Of a stretch of DNA of 64,000 nt, positions 18,816 through 28,527 are shown in pieces. Position 1 is the first letter of the stretch. Each line of letters opens with the position of its first letter. Position numbers and translations under genes: made by a program. The notes under the pieces are model-generated. The model was given only the letters and a program-made list of their open reading frames with translations, was not told the DNA's origin and made no database searches. This DNA is from Candidatus Limnocylindrales bacterium (GTDB lineage Bacteria > Chloroflexota > Limnocylindria > Limnocylindrales > CSP1-4): NCBI GenBank assembly GCA_036002405.1, contig DASYTK010000013.1, positions 3,459-67,458 of the forward strand, read 5' to 3'.

Positions 18816-20079
18816 CTCTCGAACCTCCCGCGGCCATGCGATCGGGAGCCGCGAACCGGACCGTCAGCCGGCCATCCTCCATCCTCGCCCCGAGCGCCGG
18901 AGCGCCCACGAGGATCCGCGGCAGGACGAGCGTACGCCGCCACGTCCCGACGTGCACGGTGAGCTCGTCCCCGTTCCGGGACAGCGAGACGTCCTCCTTG
19001 GCCGTGAGCGGCAGCTCGAGGGCGATGACGAACCTGCCGTCCTCGCGGTGGATGCTGTACGGGCGGCCCCGATAGAAGAACGTCGTCGGGTCGCCCTCGC
19101 CGAATACGCCGTTGGCAAGCTCGCGGAGAGGGGCATCGCCGACGATCTCGTGCTCGAGATGGGGAACGCTGTGCACCGGGACGGGGGCAAAGGCCTGCTC
19201 GACGAGCGGTAGGTACTCGGTCTGAGCGGTGCGCCAGGCGTCGAAGAACGCCCCCACGCCGGGTGGCAGGACCCGGTTGCAGATCACCAGGTCCGTCGGG
19301 TACCCGAACATGTGGAAGTAGGTGAACGAGCGCTGCGCCTCGGAGATCGCCGTACGCTCGAGGTTCAGGACGAGGCGGACGGAGGAGGTATCTGGATCGG
19401 CCATCAGGCGATGGACGTGATCGAGCCGCCGGAGGAGCCGCTCGGCCGCGTCGTAGACGTCCTCGTCGGGCATCGGCACCCCGATCGCCCGCTGGAGAAG
19501 CGGCCCGCCGAGCCTCGTGATCCGGCGCCCAAGCGGGGCGATCCGCTCGACCCACCAGCGGGCTGCTTCGGGCAGCGCGAGGAGCCTGAGCGTCTCGCCG
19601 GTCGGCGCAGCGTCGACGACGATGACGTCGTAGCGACCCGAATCGTGGTGGTCCGCGATCCAGAGGAGACTGCCGAGCTCGTCCATGCCCGGCAGGACGG
19701 TCATCTCCTCCGCCATCACCTCGTCCAGGCCGCGCCAGCTGAAGAGCTCGGCGACGTAGGCCTGGATCGTGCCCCAGTAGCGCTGGATGTTGAGGAACAC
19801 GTCCGGCTCGTGTCCCCAGAGACCGGGCGCGAGCGGCTCGGGCTCCGCGCCGAGCGGCCGATCGAAGGCGTCGCCCAGGCTGTGGGCGATATCGGTGGAG
19901 AGAACGATCGTCCGGTAGCCGCGCTCCGCGCAACGCACGGCCGTCGCGGCGGCGATGCTCGTCTTCCCGACCCCGCCCTTGCCGGTGTAGACGATGATCC
20001 GCGTCACGCGAGACTCCGCATCACGGCCATCGTAGGCGAGAGCCCAGGTCGACGCCGCCGGAAATGGTGCCGCCCGCAT
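18808..20079 (-). CDS. ArsA/GET3-family anion-transporting-type ATPase with C-terminal HSP20/alpha-crystallin-like domain
   Basis: Deviant Walker A GKGGVGKTS and the ArsA signature DAAPTGETLRLLALP. The C-terminal 110 aa (FVIALELPLTAKEDVSLSRNGDELTVHVG) resemble an alpha-crystallin fold. Confidence 0.75.
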   Translation of the reverse strand: MRAAPFPAASTWALAYDGRDAESRVTRIIVYTGKGGVGKTSIAAATAVRCAERGYRTIVLSTDIAHSLGDAFDRPLGAEPEPLAPGLWGHEPDVFLNIQRYWGTIQAYVAELFSWRGLDEVMAEEMTVLPGMDELGSLLWIADHHDSGRYDVIVVDAAPTGETLRLLALPEAARWWVERIAPLGRRITRLGGPLLQRAIGVPMPDEDVYDAAERLLRRLDHVHRLMADPDTSSVRLVLNLERTAISEAQRSFTYFHMFGYPTDLVICNRVLPPGVGAFFDAWRTAQTEYLPLVEQAFAPVPVHSVPHLEHEIVGDAPLRELANGVFGEGDPTTFFYRGRPYSIHREDGRFVIALELPLTAKEDVSLSRNGDELTVHVGTWRRTLVLPRILVGAPALGARMEDGRLTVRFAAPDRMAAGGSRGG

Positions 20080-20114
20080 CCGCCATCTGCCCGGGCCATA
20101 CTCGGGACCCCGTG

Positions 20115-20888
20115 ATGGAACCCTCCCCCACCGCCCGGGTCACCTTCCTGGGGCACTCGACCGTGCTGCTCGAGCTCGATGGCGCACGGCTCCTGACGGA
20201 CCCGATCCTCGGCGGGCGGGTCGGCCCGCTGCGACGACATGGCTCCGCGGTGCCCATGGAGCTCCTCGAGGGGATCGACGCGGTCCTCGTCTCGCACCTC
20301 CATTGGGATCACCTCCATCTGCCCTCGATCCGGCTCGTGCCCGGCGATCCACTTCTCGTCGTGCCTCGTGGTGCCGGCCGGGCGCTCACGCGCCGGGGAT
20401 TCCACCGCGTCGAGGAACTCGACCCGGGCGGGACCGTCGGGCTGCGGTCGGTCACCGTCAGCGGCACCTCGGCGAGGCATGCCGTCTATGCACCCATGGC
20501 TCCTCGGGCCGACTCGCTCGGCTTCCTCGTGCGGGGCGAGCGCACCGTCTACTTCGCGGGCGACACCGATCTCTTCGACGAGATGGAGCAGCTGACGCCC
20601 GCTCACGAGACACTCGACCTGGCTCTCCTCCCGGTCTGGGGCTGGGGTCCGTTCCTGGGCCGCGGTCACCTCGACCCACTTCGCGCCGCCAACGCGCTAC
20701 GCCTCCTCCGACCCCGCCTCGCCATCCCGATCCACTGGGGCGCGCTCTATCCCGTCGGGATTCCCTGGCGCCGGCCCCACGCCCTGCGGGACGCGCCCCA
20801 TCACTTCCTCCGGCTCGCGGCCGGGATCGCGCCGGAAGTCGAGATCCGGGTGCTCGAGCCCGGGGAGTCGACCAACCTCGACGGCTGA
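20115..20888 (+). CDS. MBL-fold metallo-hydrolase
   Basis: HxHxDH-type motif SHLHWDHL and a downstream His/Asp ligand pattern. ATG at 20115 (MEPSPTARVTFLGHS). Confidence 0.7.
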   Translation: MEPSPTARVTFLGHSTVLLELDGARLLTDPILGGRVGPLRRHGSAVPMELLEGIDAVLVSHLHWDHLHLPSIRLVPGDPLLVVPRGAGRALTRRGFHRVEELDPGGTVGLRSVTVSGTSARHAVYAPMAPRADSLGFLVRGERTVYFAGDTDLFDEMEQLTPAHETLDLALLPVWGWGPFLGRGHLDPLRAANALRLLRPRLAIPIHWGALYPVGIPWRRPHALRDAPHHFLRLAAGIAPEVEIRVLEPGESTNLDG

Positions 20889-20948
20889 TCCGCGACGTTC
20901 CGGGATCGTGCCACCCGAGCTGGCACGGTCGGCGCGCAGGATCGGCAC

Positions 20949-22238
20949 ATGGAAGCTGTCAGACCGATCCCCCTCCGATCCATCGAACGCGATCGCCCCA
21001 CGATCCGCCTGGCCGACGACCGGATCGTCATCGAGTCCCTCGTGCTCGCGGATCGCGGCCTGGCCGCCTTCCTGGCCGAGCGCCCGCCCGACGATCGTCC
21101 GGGGCTCGTCGAGCGCGCCCTGCGCATCGGCCTGCTCGCGCTCCAGGACGCCGGCGTCACCATCGACGTCGAGTTCGTGAGGCGCGAGTTCGAGACGCTC
21201 GTCCGCCAGACGGAGGTCGCGAACGAACGGGCCGCGACCGCGCTCGATCGAGTCCTTCGAGACAACTTCGCCGACGGGGATGGACGCCTCCCCCGAACGC
21301 TGGAGCGCTTCCTGGGTGACAGGGGGGCCCTCCGCCATCTCGTGGACGAGCTCTTCGACGAGCGGAAGCGGGACAGCGCGATCGGCCGGCTCCGTGAGCT
21401 GCTCGGCAGCTACTTCGACGGCGACGCCTCGCGGCTCGCCCGGCTTCTCGATCCCACCCGGGAAGGCTCGCCGCTCCATCAGTTCCGGGGGGAGGTCAGC
21501 GAGGGCTTCGCCCGCATCGGCGAACGGCTGGCGGCCCTGGAGGCCGCCGGCACGGCTCGCGCCGCGGAGCGCACGCGCTCGTCGGCGAAGGGGACGGATT
21601 TCGAGGAGCTGCTGGCCGATCTCCTCGGTGACATCGCGCGCGGAGCCGGCGACCTCCTGGACCGCACTTCGACCGAAGCGGGGACCGCGATCCGCTCGAA
21701 GAAGGGCGACTTCGTCCTCAGCCTGGACCCGAGGCTCTCCCGGGGAGCCGACCTTCGGATCGTGGTGGAGGCGAAGGATCGGGCGATCTCGGCGCGCGCG
21801 ATCCGCGATGAGCTCCGGGAGGCGCGCGAGAACCGGGACGCCGCGATCGGCCTCGTCGTCTTCACCCGGGCGCACGCCCCGAGCGGGGTCGAGCCCTTCA
21901 CCGTCGTCGGGAACGACGTCTACTGCGTCGTCGATCCCGAGGCGCCCGACCGCTCGTACCTCGAGGCGGCCGTCCGGCTCTGTCGGATGCTCGCCCTGGC
22001 GACCCTGCGCGAGACACAGATCGAGGTCGACTCCGCCGCGATCTCCACTGCCGTGACCGGTATCCGCGAGCAGCTCGAAGTCGTGCGCACGATGAAGTCG
22101 CAGCTCACCTCCGTCGGCAACGCGACGCGCACCGTCGCGGACGGACTCGACCGGCTGCGCGAGGGGATCCTCGCTCGCGTCTGTGAGGTCGAGGCAGAGC
22201 TGCGCGTCGCAGCGCCGGCGAGCGCGGGCGGAGCCTAA
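20949..22238 (+). CDS. coiled-coil protein with C-terminal RmuC-like / PD-(D/E)xK nuclease-fold domain
   Basis: Long helical N-terminal region, then KKGDFVLSLDPRLSRGADLRIVVEAKDR matching the RmuC pattern (PDFIV...IVIDSK). Confidence 0.45.
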   Translation: MEAVRPIPLRSIERDRPTIRLADDRIVIESLVLADRGLAAFLAERPPDDRPGLVERALRIGLLALQDAGVTIDVEFVRREFETLVRQTEVANERAATALDRVLRDNFADGDGRLPRTLERFLGDRGALRHLVDELFDERKRDSAIGRLRELLGSYFDGDASRLARLLDPTREGSPLHQFRGEVSEGFARIGERLAALEAAGTARAAERTRSSAKGTDFEELLADLLGDIARGAGDLLDRTSTEAGTAIRSKKGDFVLSLDPRLSRGADLRIVVEAKDRAISARAIRDELREARENRDAAIGLVVFTRAHAPSGVEPFTVVGNDVYCVVDPEAPDRSYLEAAVRLCRMLALATLRETQIEVDSAAISTAVTGIREQLEVVRTMKSQLTSVGNATRTVADGLDRLREGILARVCEVEAELRVAAPASAGGA

Positions 22239-22596
22239 GGCCCCTCGGGCGGGGGCGGGGCTACCAGTAGATCGTCGGTGGCCCGCCCAGCTCGCCCTCG
22301 GGCGCCATGATCAGGAAGCGCCGCCGCCGCCCGAGGAGAAGCCCTGGAAGCGGAACGTGACCTCCGGGACTCCTGCGATCGCCCGTCCCTCGTGCGGACT
22401 TCCCCTTCCCGCGATGGTGCATCTCGCTCGGAGGGCGCGTGCGGCTCTCGCAGCACCCGATCGGCGGGTGCCGTAGGCTACGCCGAGCATGGCCTCCCAC
22501 GGCACCGTCACCGGTTCCCAGACCAGCCCGGCCGCGGCAGTCGAGGCGCCCGTCCGGCCGCCGACCCCGAAGAGCCCCGCTCGCCACGAGCTGGGG

Positions 22597-23382
22597 ATGC
22601 GGGTCGGCCTCATCTTCCCCACTCGCGAGATCACCGAGCAGTTCTACCTGCCGCTCATCTACACCGCCTGCCGGACCTGCTACAGCGAGCTCGAGCCGCA
22701 GGACATCTTCGAGCGGGCGACGACGGGACAGGTCGCGACCGAGAAACAGCAGGCGCTGGTGCGCAAGGTGATCGAATCGGGCCACGGTTCGACGATCGAG
22801 CACATCGTCTTCACCTTCGCGATCAGCGGCGTCACCCGCACCCTCAGCCACCAGCTCGTCCGGCATCGGGCCGGCGTGGCCTTCGACCAGCAGTCCCAGC
22901 GCTACGTCAACTACAAGCGACCCGCCTACATGGTGCCGGGCACGCTCGAGGAGGCCGATCCGGGGCTGCGCGAGCGCTTCCGCACCGAGATGGACGACGC
23001 CCTCGCCTTCTACGGGGAGCTCCTCGAAGCCGGCGTTCCGGGAGAGGACGCCCGCTTCGTGATGCCGAACGCGACGCGGACGAACCTGATCATGACCGCC
23101 AATCTCCGGGCGCTCATCCACATGTCCGGTCTGCGGCTCTGCACGATGGCCCAGTGGGAGATCCGGCGCCTCTTCCAGCTCATCCGGCACGAGGTCTTCC
23201 AGGTCAGCCCGTTCCTGGGCTCGTTCCTGGCCCCGAAGTGCGTGCCCCTGGGCTACTGCGACGAGGATCGCAACCGCGACGAGCACTGCCCGATCCGCCC
23301 GCACAAGGACAACGTCCTCGCCGCCTGGGCCGAGAAGCGGGCAGCCGCGCGCACCGCGGGCAGGGAGTTACCGACCGTCTAG
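22597..23382 (+). CDS. thyX: flavin-dependent thymidylate synthase ThyX
   Basis: ThyX signature RHRAGVAFDQQSQRY (RHRxxSxxxxSxR) plus conserved upstream blocks. ATG at 22597. Confidence 0.85.
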   Translation: MRVGLIFPTREITEQFYLPLIYTACRTCYSELEPQDIFERATTGQVATEKQQALVRKVIESGHGSTIEHIVFTFAISGVTRTLSHQLVRHRAGVAFDQQSQRYVNYKRPAYMVPGTLEEADPGLRERFRTEMDDALAFYGELLEAGVPGEDARFVMPNATRTNLIMTANLRALIHMSGLRLCTMAQWEIRRLFQLIRHEVFQVSPFLGSFLAPKCVPLGYCDEDRNRDEHCPIRPHKDNVLAAWAEKRAAARTAGRELPTV

Positions 23383-23793
23383 CGGACCTGACAAGGAGAC
23401 GTCGGGGAACCCGGCCGACCGATGGCAGGCATCCCTGGTGAGTCGGTCGGCGGGAAGAGGGGGACGGGGCTTCCGGCGGCCCGACGAGGGTATCGACACC
23501 GGGATGCCGATCGCGCCCCGCCGAGCCGACGCCTGCCGACGCAGGATCTCCCGCCCGAAAGCGGGAAATGAAGCGCCCGAAGGAACCGATCGCGTGATCC
23601 GGTGGCTTTGATGTGATCGCGGCTCCGGTTTCAGCGCCGGCCCCTCCGGGCAGGACCTACCGTAGTCGGCACCGTGCGCCGAATCAACGCGGTTATCCAC
23701 GAACTGGGCGACGTCCTTCCAGGCACCGTCCACGAAAGCCACGCCGCTGTGGACGGAGGGTGGACAAATCGGTGGACAGGGCGGGCATGGAAC

Positions 23794-23817
23794 GGCCCCG
23801 GCCATGCGGCCGGGGCC
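23794..23817 (-). terminator. GC-rich perfect hairpin downstream of the RDD gene (candidate intrinsic terminator)
   Basis: GGCCCCGGCC-atgc-GGCCGGGGCC, a 10-bp stem with a 4-nt loop, about 25 nt after the RDD stop. No clear U-tract, which is common in high-GC taxa. Confidence 0.35.
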
Positions 23818-23839
23818 GTGAGCTGCTACAAGACTCGGA

Positions 23840-24475
23840 TCAGGCCGCGGCCCGACCGGCCTTCACGACGACGGTATGGGCGTAGCGATCGTGCAGCCCT
23901 TGCTTTGTCGGGCTCTGGGCGGTCGTGACCAAGAGCGCGATGAGCCAGACGAGTCCGGCCAGGGAGATGATCAGCCCCAAGGCGGGGATCGGGTTCAGCA
24001 GCTGCGCCAGGCTGAACGGCGCGCCAAGCAGGATCCAGCGGGTGATCGCCTGGTTCTGCGTCAGGGTGGAGCCGTCGGTCTCGTTGCCGATCTGCATCCC
24101 GAGGAGACGCATCCCGATCGTCGCCCGCATCGACGTCCACGTGTAGACGAAGTAGGCGCCGCTGATCACCAGCCCGACGACCGCGATCACGACCGTCGCG
24201 ATGAAATTCAGCTGACCGGTGACCGGGTCGACGATGCCCCCACCGCCGAAGATCCCACCCAGGACCGCCAAGATGATGATGTTGATGATCCCGATGATGA
24301 TCACGTCGATGATGTAGGCGATCGCACGGTTCGGGACGTCTGCGTAGTAGTAGCCGGCCGGTCCCGCAGACGGCGCAGGCGGCGGTGTGCTCCAGGTGTT
24401 CGAGGGCGGCGGCGGGGGCGGGGGAGTCGTCCCCTCCGGCGCACCGCCGGACGTTCCCGGACCGGTCGATTCCAT
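23840..24475 (-). CDS. RDD-family membrane protein with Pro-rich N-terminus
   Basis: An AAAGGAGAGAG SD precedes ATG(MESTGPG, 24475). The R..D..D pattern sits in a 3-TM core (RAIAYIIDVIII...). Confidence 0.65.
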   Translation of the reverse strand: MESTGPGTSGGAPEGTTPPPPPPPSNTWSTPPPAPSAGPAGYYYADVPNRAIAYIIDVIIIGIINIIILAVLGGIFGGGGIVDPVTGQLNFIATVVIAVVGLVISGAYFVYTWTSMRATIGMRLLGMQIGNETDGSTLTQNQAITRWILLGAPFSLAQLLNPIPALGLIISLAGLVWLIALLVTTAQSPTKQGLHDRYAHTVVVKAGRAAA

Positions 24476-24717
24476 GCTCTCTCTCCTTTGTCGACGCACC
24501 GGTCGCCGGTGCCGCGACGGCCGGTCCCTCGACCGACCATGGACCCTCAAGTCGGACCGGCGAAAGGGCGTGCGCCGGCCCGCGCCGCGCACAGGATAGC
24601 CCCCTATCGCCGCGGTGAGAACCCGGTTTCGCGACTTCGAGCGTTGCGGCTCGGCCGTGCGGCTTGCAGAACAGCCCCGCGAGGCCCCCCCGGGCACGCG
24701 TGCCCAGTGCAGGAGCG

Positions 24718-24740
24718 GACCCCGGCATGGCGCCGGGGTC
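24718..24740 (-). terminator. hairpin downstream of the DUF4383 gene (candidate terminator)
   Basis: GACCCCGGC-atggc-GCCGGGGTC. The 14-bp palindrome GGGCACGCGTGCCC lies nearby at 24692-24705. Confidence 0.3.
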
Positions 24741-24779
24741 CTGGATCGCGGCGAGTCGGATCGCTTGCCCGGCCCGGGA

Positions 24780-25193
24780 TCAGCGAGCCGCGACTGGGGA
24801 CGCGCTCCCGCGGGCGAGGTAGCCGACCGCGAGGCTCAGCACCGCAAGCACCGCGTGGAGGGCGTGATCGGCGGCGTTCACGTTGTACTGGAGGATCCCG
24901 AACAGGGACGGGCTCAGGAGCAGGAGGACGAAGAGCAAGGCATAGAGAACGCCGAGCCCGATCACCCCGTTCGCCTGGGCCTCACCGCTCAGACCGAAGG
25001 CGATGTAGAGGGCGAGGGCGCCGGTCACGAGGTGGACGATGTTGTGGACGGCGCCGGTGACGAAGATCGCATCCTCCTCGCCGACGATCGGGTTCGAGAT
25101 GAACCCGAGCAGGCCGACGATGACGAGCACGATCCCGATCACGGCCGCATAGGCCTGCGCGAGGCCGTAGTTTCCGATCCGATAGTCCCTCAT
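24780..25193 (-). CDS. DUF4383-family small membrane protein
   Basis: 137 aa with four TM segments and a family-typical N-terminus (MRDYRIGNYGLAQAYAAVIGIVLVIVGLLGFISNP). A GGGAGG SD lies upstream. Confidence 0.7.
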   Translation of the reverse strand: MRDYRIGNYGLAQAYAAVIGIVLVIVGLLGFISNPIVGEEDAIFVTGAVHNIVHLVTGALALYIAFGLSGEAQANGVIGLGVLYALLFVLLLLSPSLFGILQYNVNAADHALHAVLAVLSLAVGYLARGSASPVAAR

Positions 25194-25681
25194 TCAGACC
25201 TCCCTGCTGGCGATACTGCGAAGGCGTGCGCGTCCCCTGATCCCACTCGCACGTCCCGCGCACGAGCGCAACCCCGGGCCGAGTCGGCAACGCGCTTGCT
25301 GGGCTGCGCGGTGCCACCCGTCACCGGCGCCTCGAGCCGGACCGCAGCGCTCCGGACCGATCACGCGGGCACAAGCCTAGGGCCGGAATCCCTGCCTGTC
25401 GATGGGTGAACGGGCCCTGCCGTTGCACAGGTGCGCCGGGCGCGGGCGCGCCCTGAAGCTCCGCTCGTTCGCCGCCGGGGTACGACTGGCCACGAGAACC
25501 GGTACCTCTGGCCCCGTCCGTGTCGCCCGTGGGCGCGCCTAGAGTGCACTCGACCGCTCCGGTCCAACGTGGCGATCCGCCCGCGATCGCCGAGATGAGG
25601 GCCCGACCGCGAGACCGGCGGGATACAGACGAACGCGTTGACCGAGTCCGCCCGACCGAGGCGGCAGGTTCGGAGGAGCAG

Positions 25682-27268
25682 ATGGCCGCCACGGACACGA
25701 TGCACGGCGATCCGGTCGCTACCGAAGGCGACGACGGCCAGCCTGCCACCGGGAGCGAAGCGACCCCCGTGGTGCCGCGATCCCAGTCCTTCGCGAGTGA
25801 GCTTCTCCGCGCGATGCACGTGGCGGCGATGCAGAACCGCGACGCGATGATGGAACACTTCCGCTCCGGCGCGAGCCAGTTCCTCGACGGGATCAAGGAG
25901 CGTTCCGCGGTCGAGGCGAACGAACTCCGACGGACGGCCGACGAGGACCTGACGTCGATCCGCGAATGGTCGAAGGCAGAGATCGCGCGGATCAAATCCG
26001 AGGCGGACGGGCGAGTCGCCGACCGCCGGGCCGAGCTCGACCGCCAGCTCGAGCAGCAGGACACGCTGATCGAGCGGGAGATCCAGAAGGTGAGCGCCCG
26101 GATCGGGGCCTTCGAAGAGCAGGTCGCGGCCTTCTTCGGCGGCCTGGAGCAGGAGACGGACCCGAGCGCCTTCGCGAGTACCGCCCAGCGGATGCCGGAG
26201 CCGCCGGACCTCCAGACGACCGCCGCCGATGCCCGAGCCGAGGCCATCCGCGAGCTGGCCACAGGAACCGGGCCGGAGGCGACCGCTGAGCCGGTGCTCG
26301 AGGAAGCCCAGGCGACGCCCGAGGACTCCAGGGAGGCCGCCGAGCCCGGCGAGACCGCCGCGCCGGCCGAGACGCCCGAGGCGCATTCGGAGTCGGTCGA
26401 GGCAGCCGCCGACACGCCCGAGCCGGCCACGCCGTCATGGGAGACGCCACGAGCCTGGGATCCGAGCCCGTCCCCGGTCGACGAGAACGCCGGGGGATCG
26501 TTCGGAGGGACACCCTCAGAGAGCGTCGGCTACGGCGCGGAAGAGCCTGCGATCATCACGGCGAACGAAACCGGCGGCGACGGCGAGCCGAGCGCCGCGG
26601 ACACCCGACCGATGCCTGGCAATGCCCCGGAGGGCGGCGGCGGCTGGTCTACGGCCGTCGACCCCCGCCTCGTCTCGCTCGGCATGATGCCCGGCAACGG
26701 CTACGTCGGCGATGCCGCCACTGACGACCCCGCCTGGCAGCCGGCCAGCCCCGCCCCGGACGCGAGTCCGGAGAGCTCGGCTCCGCCAAGCTTCGAGGCA
26801 CCTTCCGGCTCCGATTCGTTCGGGCAGCCCTCAGGCTGGTCCGATCAGCCCATGACCACCTCAACCGAGCCGGCCTCGGATAGTGAACCGGCTCTCATCG
26901 AGCACGACCCGGCGGCGCGGTTGGCGGGGCTCGTCCCCTCCTCCGAGCATCCCGCCACCGCCCGCATCGCCGAGCCGGTGCACGCGGCCGCCCCGGTCGA
27001 CGTCGTTCCCACCCAGGTCGTTGTCACCGGGCTCGTGAGCGTCGCCTCGATCGCTTCCTTCAAGCGTCACCTGGCCCGGATCCCTGGCGTCCAGTCGGTC
27101 GGCGTGAGCTCCGGTCCGGAGGGCGAGTTCATCTTCAAGGCGACCCACGAGCCGCACGTCGCCCTGCGCGACGTCGTCCCGTCACTCCCCGGATTCGGGG
27201 CTCGCGTCGTGAACGCCACTGACGGGGCACTCCACGTCACCGCGAGGGACCCCGAGGCCGACGCGTAG
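25682..27268 (+). CDS. hypothetical protein: N-terminal coiled coil, long acidic Pro/Ala/Glu-rich linker, conserved C-terminal beta-rich domain
   Basis: A GGAGGAG SD sits immediately before ATG 25682. No Pfam-like signature recognised. Confidence 0.55.
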   Translation: MAATDTMHGDPVATEGDDGQPATGSEATPVVPRSQSFASELLRAMHVAAMQNRDAMMEHFRSGASQFLDGIKERSAVEANELRRTADEDLTSIREWSKAEIARIKSEADGRVADRRAELDRQLEQQDTLIEREIQKVSARIGAFEEQVAAFFGGLEQETDPSAFASTAQRMPEPPDLQTTAADARAEAIRELATGTGPEATAEPVLEEAQATPEDSREAAEPGETAAPAETPEAHSESVEAAADTPEPATPSWETPRAWDPSPSPVDENAGGSFGGTPSESVGYGAEEPAIITANETGGDGEPSAADTRPMPGNAPEGGGGWSTAVDPRLVSLGMMPGNGYVGDAATDDPAWQPASPAPDASPESSAPPSFEAPSGSDSFGQPSGWSDQPMTTSTEPASDSEPALIEHDPAARLAGLVPSSEHPATARIAEPVHAAAPVDVVPTQVVVTGLVSVASIASFKRHLARIPGVQSVGVSSGPEGEFIFKATHEPHVALRDVVPSLPGFGARVVNATDGALHVTARDPEADA

Positions 27269-27288
27269 CGGCGCGGAGGGCACGCGAC

Positions 27289-28527
27289 GTGACTCGTCCC
27301 GCCGTCATCTGCGCCCTCCCGCCCGAGGAGGCCCTGCCGGTCGTCCAGGAGCTCGCGAACGCGGGCTTCGACGTCGTGCGCCTTGGTGCGGCTGAGGAGC
27401 TCGAGGCCGTCCTCCGAACGCGTCGCGACGTCGGACTCGCGATCATCGACGGCGAGTCCGACTTCGACGCCTCCCTCGAGTTCTATTCGATCCTCCACGA
27501 TCAGGGTCGGCACATCCCGGCGCTCATGATCGTTTCGCCGCGGACGTTCGAGCGCCTGAGCGCAAGCACGACCTCGAACAACGACGAGTTCTTCACCCGC
27601 CCCTACAGCGCGGAGTCCCTGCGCTGGCGTGTCGAGGCGATGATCATTCGCGCGCAGACGTTCGACGACGGCAGCGGCGAGATCCTGCGCACGCCCGAAG
27701 GTGTCGGCGAGTGGGGCAAGCGCGCGCTCGTGGTGGCGCTCTTCAATCCGAAGGGCGGCGTGGGCAAGACGACGATCGCGACGAATCTCGCCTCGGCCCT
27801 CCAGGTCCTCCGTGGCCAGCGCGTCCTGCTCATCGACGCCGACCCGGTCAGCGGGCACATCGCGACCTCGCTCGGGCTCGACCGGATCCAGGCCGTCGCC
27901 GATGCCTGGGACGTCGATGAGAACACCGACGTCCCCACCCTGCCCGAGCTCGCGGCGGCGCACCCGAACGGCCTGCGCGTCGTCGTCCTCACGACGAATC
28001 CCCTCCAGCAGCACCGCGTTGCGCCGACAGCCTTCGTCGACGGCCTGGCCGCCTGCCGGGCCGGCTTCGACGTCGTGATCCTCGATCTTCATCCCGATTA
28101 CGGCCAGCTCAACCAGGCGATCTTCGAGCGCTGCGACCGGATCCTCGTCCCCATCACGCCGGATCTGCCCGCGATCCGCGCCGCGCTCCAGTTCGTCGAG
28201 CTCTCCCAGGATCTCGGGGTCCGGGATCGCATCGCAATGGTCGTCAACCGGGCGAACAGCGGCGTGGGAGTGGCGGACATGGAGAAGGCGACCGGGCTCA
28301 GGGCGTTCGGGCAGATCCGCTCCGGCGGTCTCCTCTTCGTCCGAGCCGCGAACGAGGGCACGACCGTCGTCGAGAAGTTCCCCACCGAGAAGGTCTCGGC
28401 CGATTTCGAGGCGCTCGCGGACCGGGTCCTCCTGCGCGAGGTCCCGATCAACGAGACGGACCGGGGCTTCCTGAAGCTCTTCAGCCGGGTGCGCGAAACC
28501 CGGCCGCGCGAGGTCGCGCGAGCCTAA
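27289..28527 (+). CDS. TadZ/CpaE-like protein: receiver-like N-domain fused to ParA/MinD-family ATPase
   Basis: Deviant Walker A FNPKGGVGKTTIA with LIDADP. The N-terminal 120 aa are REC-like (LAIIDGESD). Confidence 0.75.
   Translation: MTRPAVICALPPEEALPVVQELANAGFDVVRLGAAEELEAVLRTRRDVGLAIIDGESDFDASLEFYSILHDQGRHIPALMIVSPRTFERLSASTTSNNDEFFTRPYSAESLRWRVEAMIIRAQTFDDGSGEILRTPEGVGEWGKRALVVALFNPKGGVGKTTIATNLASALQVLRGQRVLLIDADPVSGHIATSLGLDRIQAVADAWDVDENTDVPTLPELAAAHPNGLRVVVLTTNPLQQHRVAPTAFVDGLAACRAGFDVVILDLHPDYGQLNQAIFERCDRILVPITPDLPAIRAALQFVELSQDLGVRDRIAMVVNRANSGVGVADMEKATGLRAFGQIRSGGLLFVRAANEGTTVVEKFPTEKVSADFEALADRVLLREVPINETDRGFLKLFSRVRETRPREVARA

Noticed and set aside
18479-19933. 484-aa alternative frame over the ArsA-family gene
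   Set aside because: The other frame contains the P-loop and ArsA signature, while this frame gives an Arg/Pro-rich product.
23400-23840. tmRNA, RNase P RNA or SRP RNA in the large gap after thyX
   Set aside because: No match to the conserved cores (no GGGG...ACCA tmRNA ends, no RNase P P4 or GNRA modules) when compared by eye.
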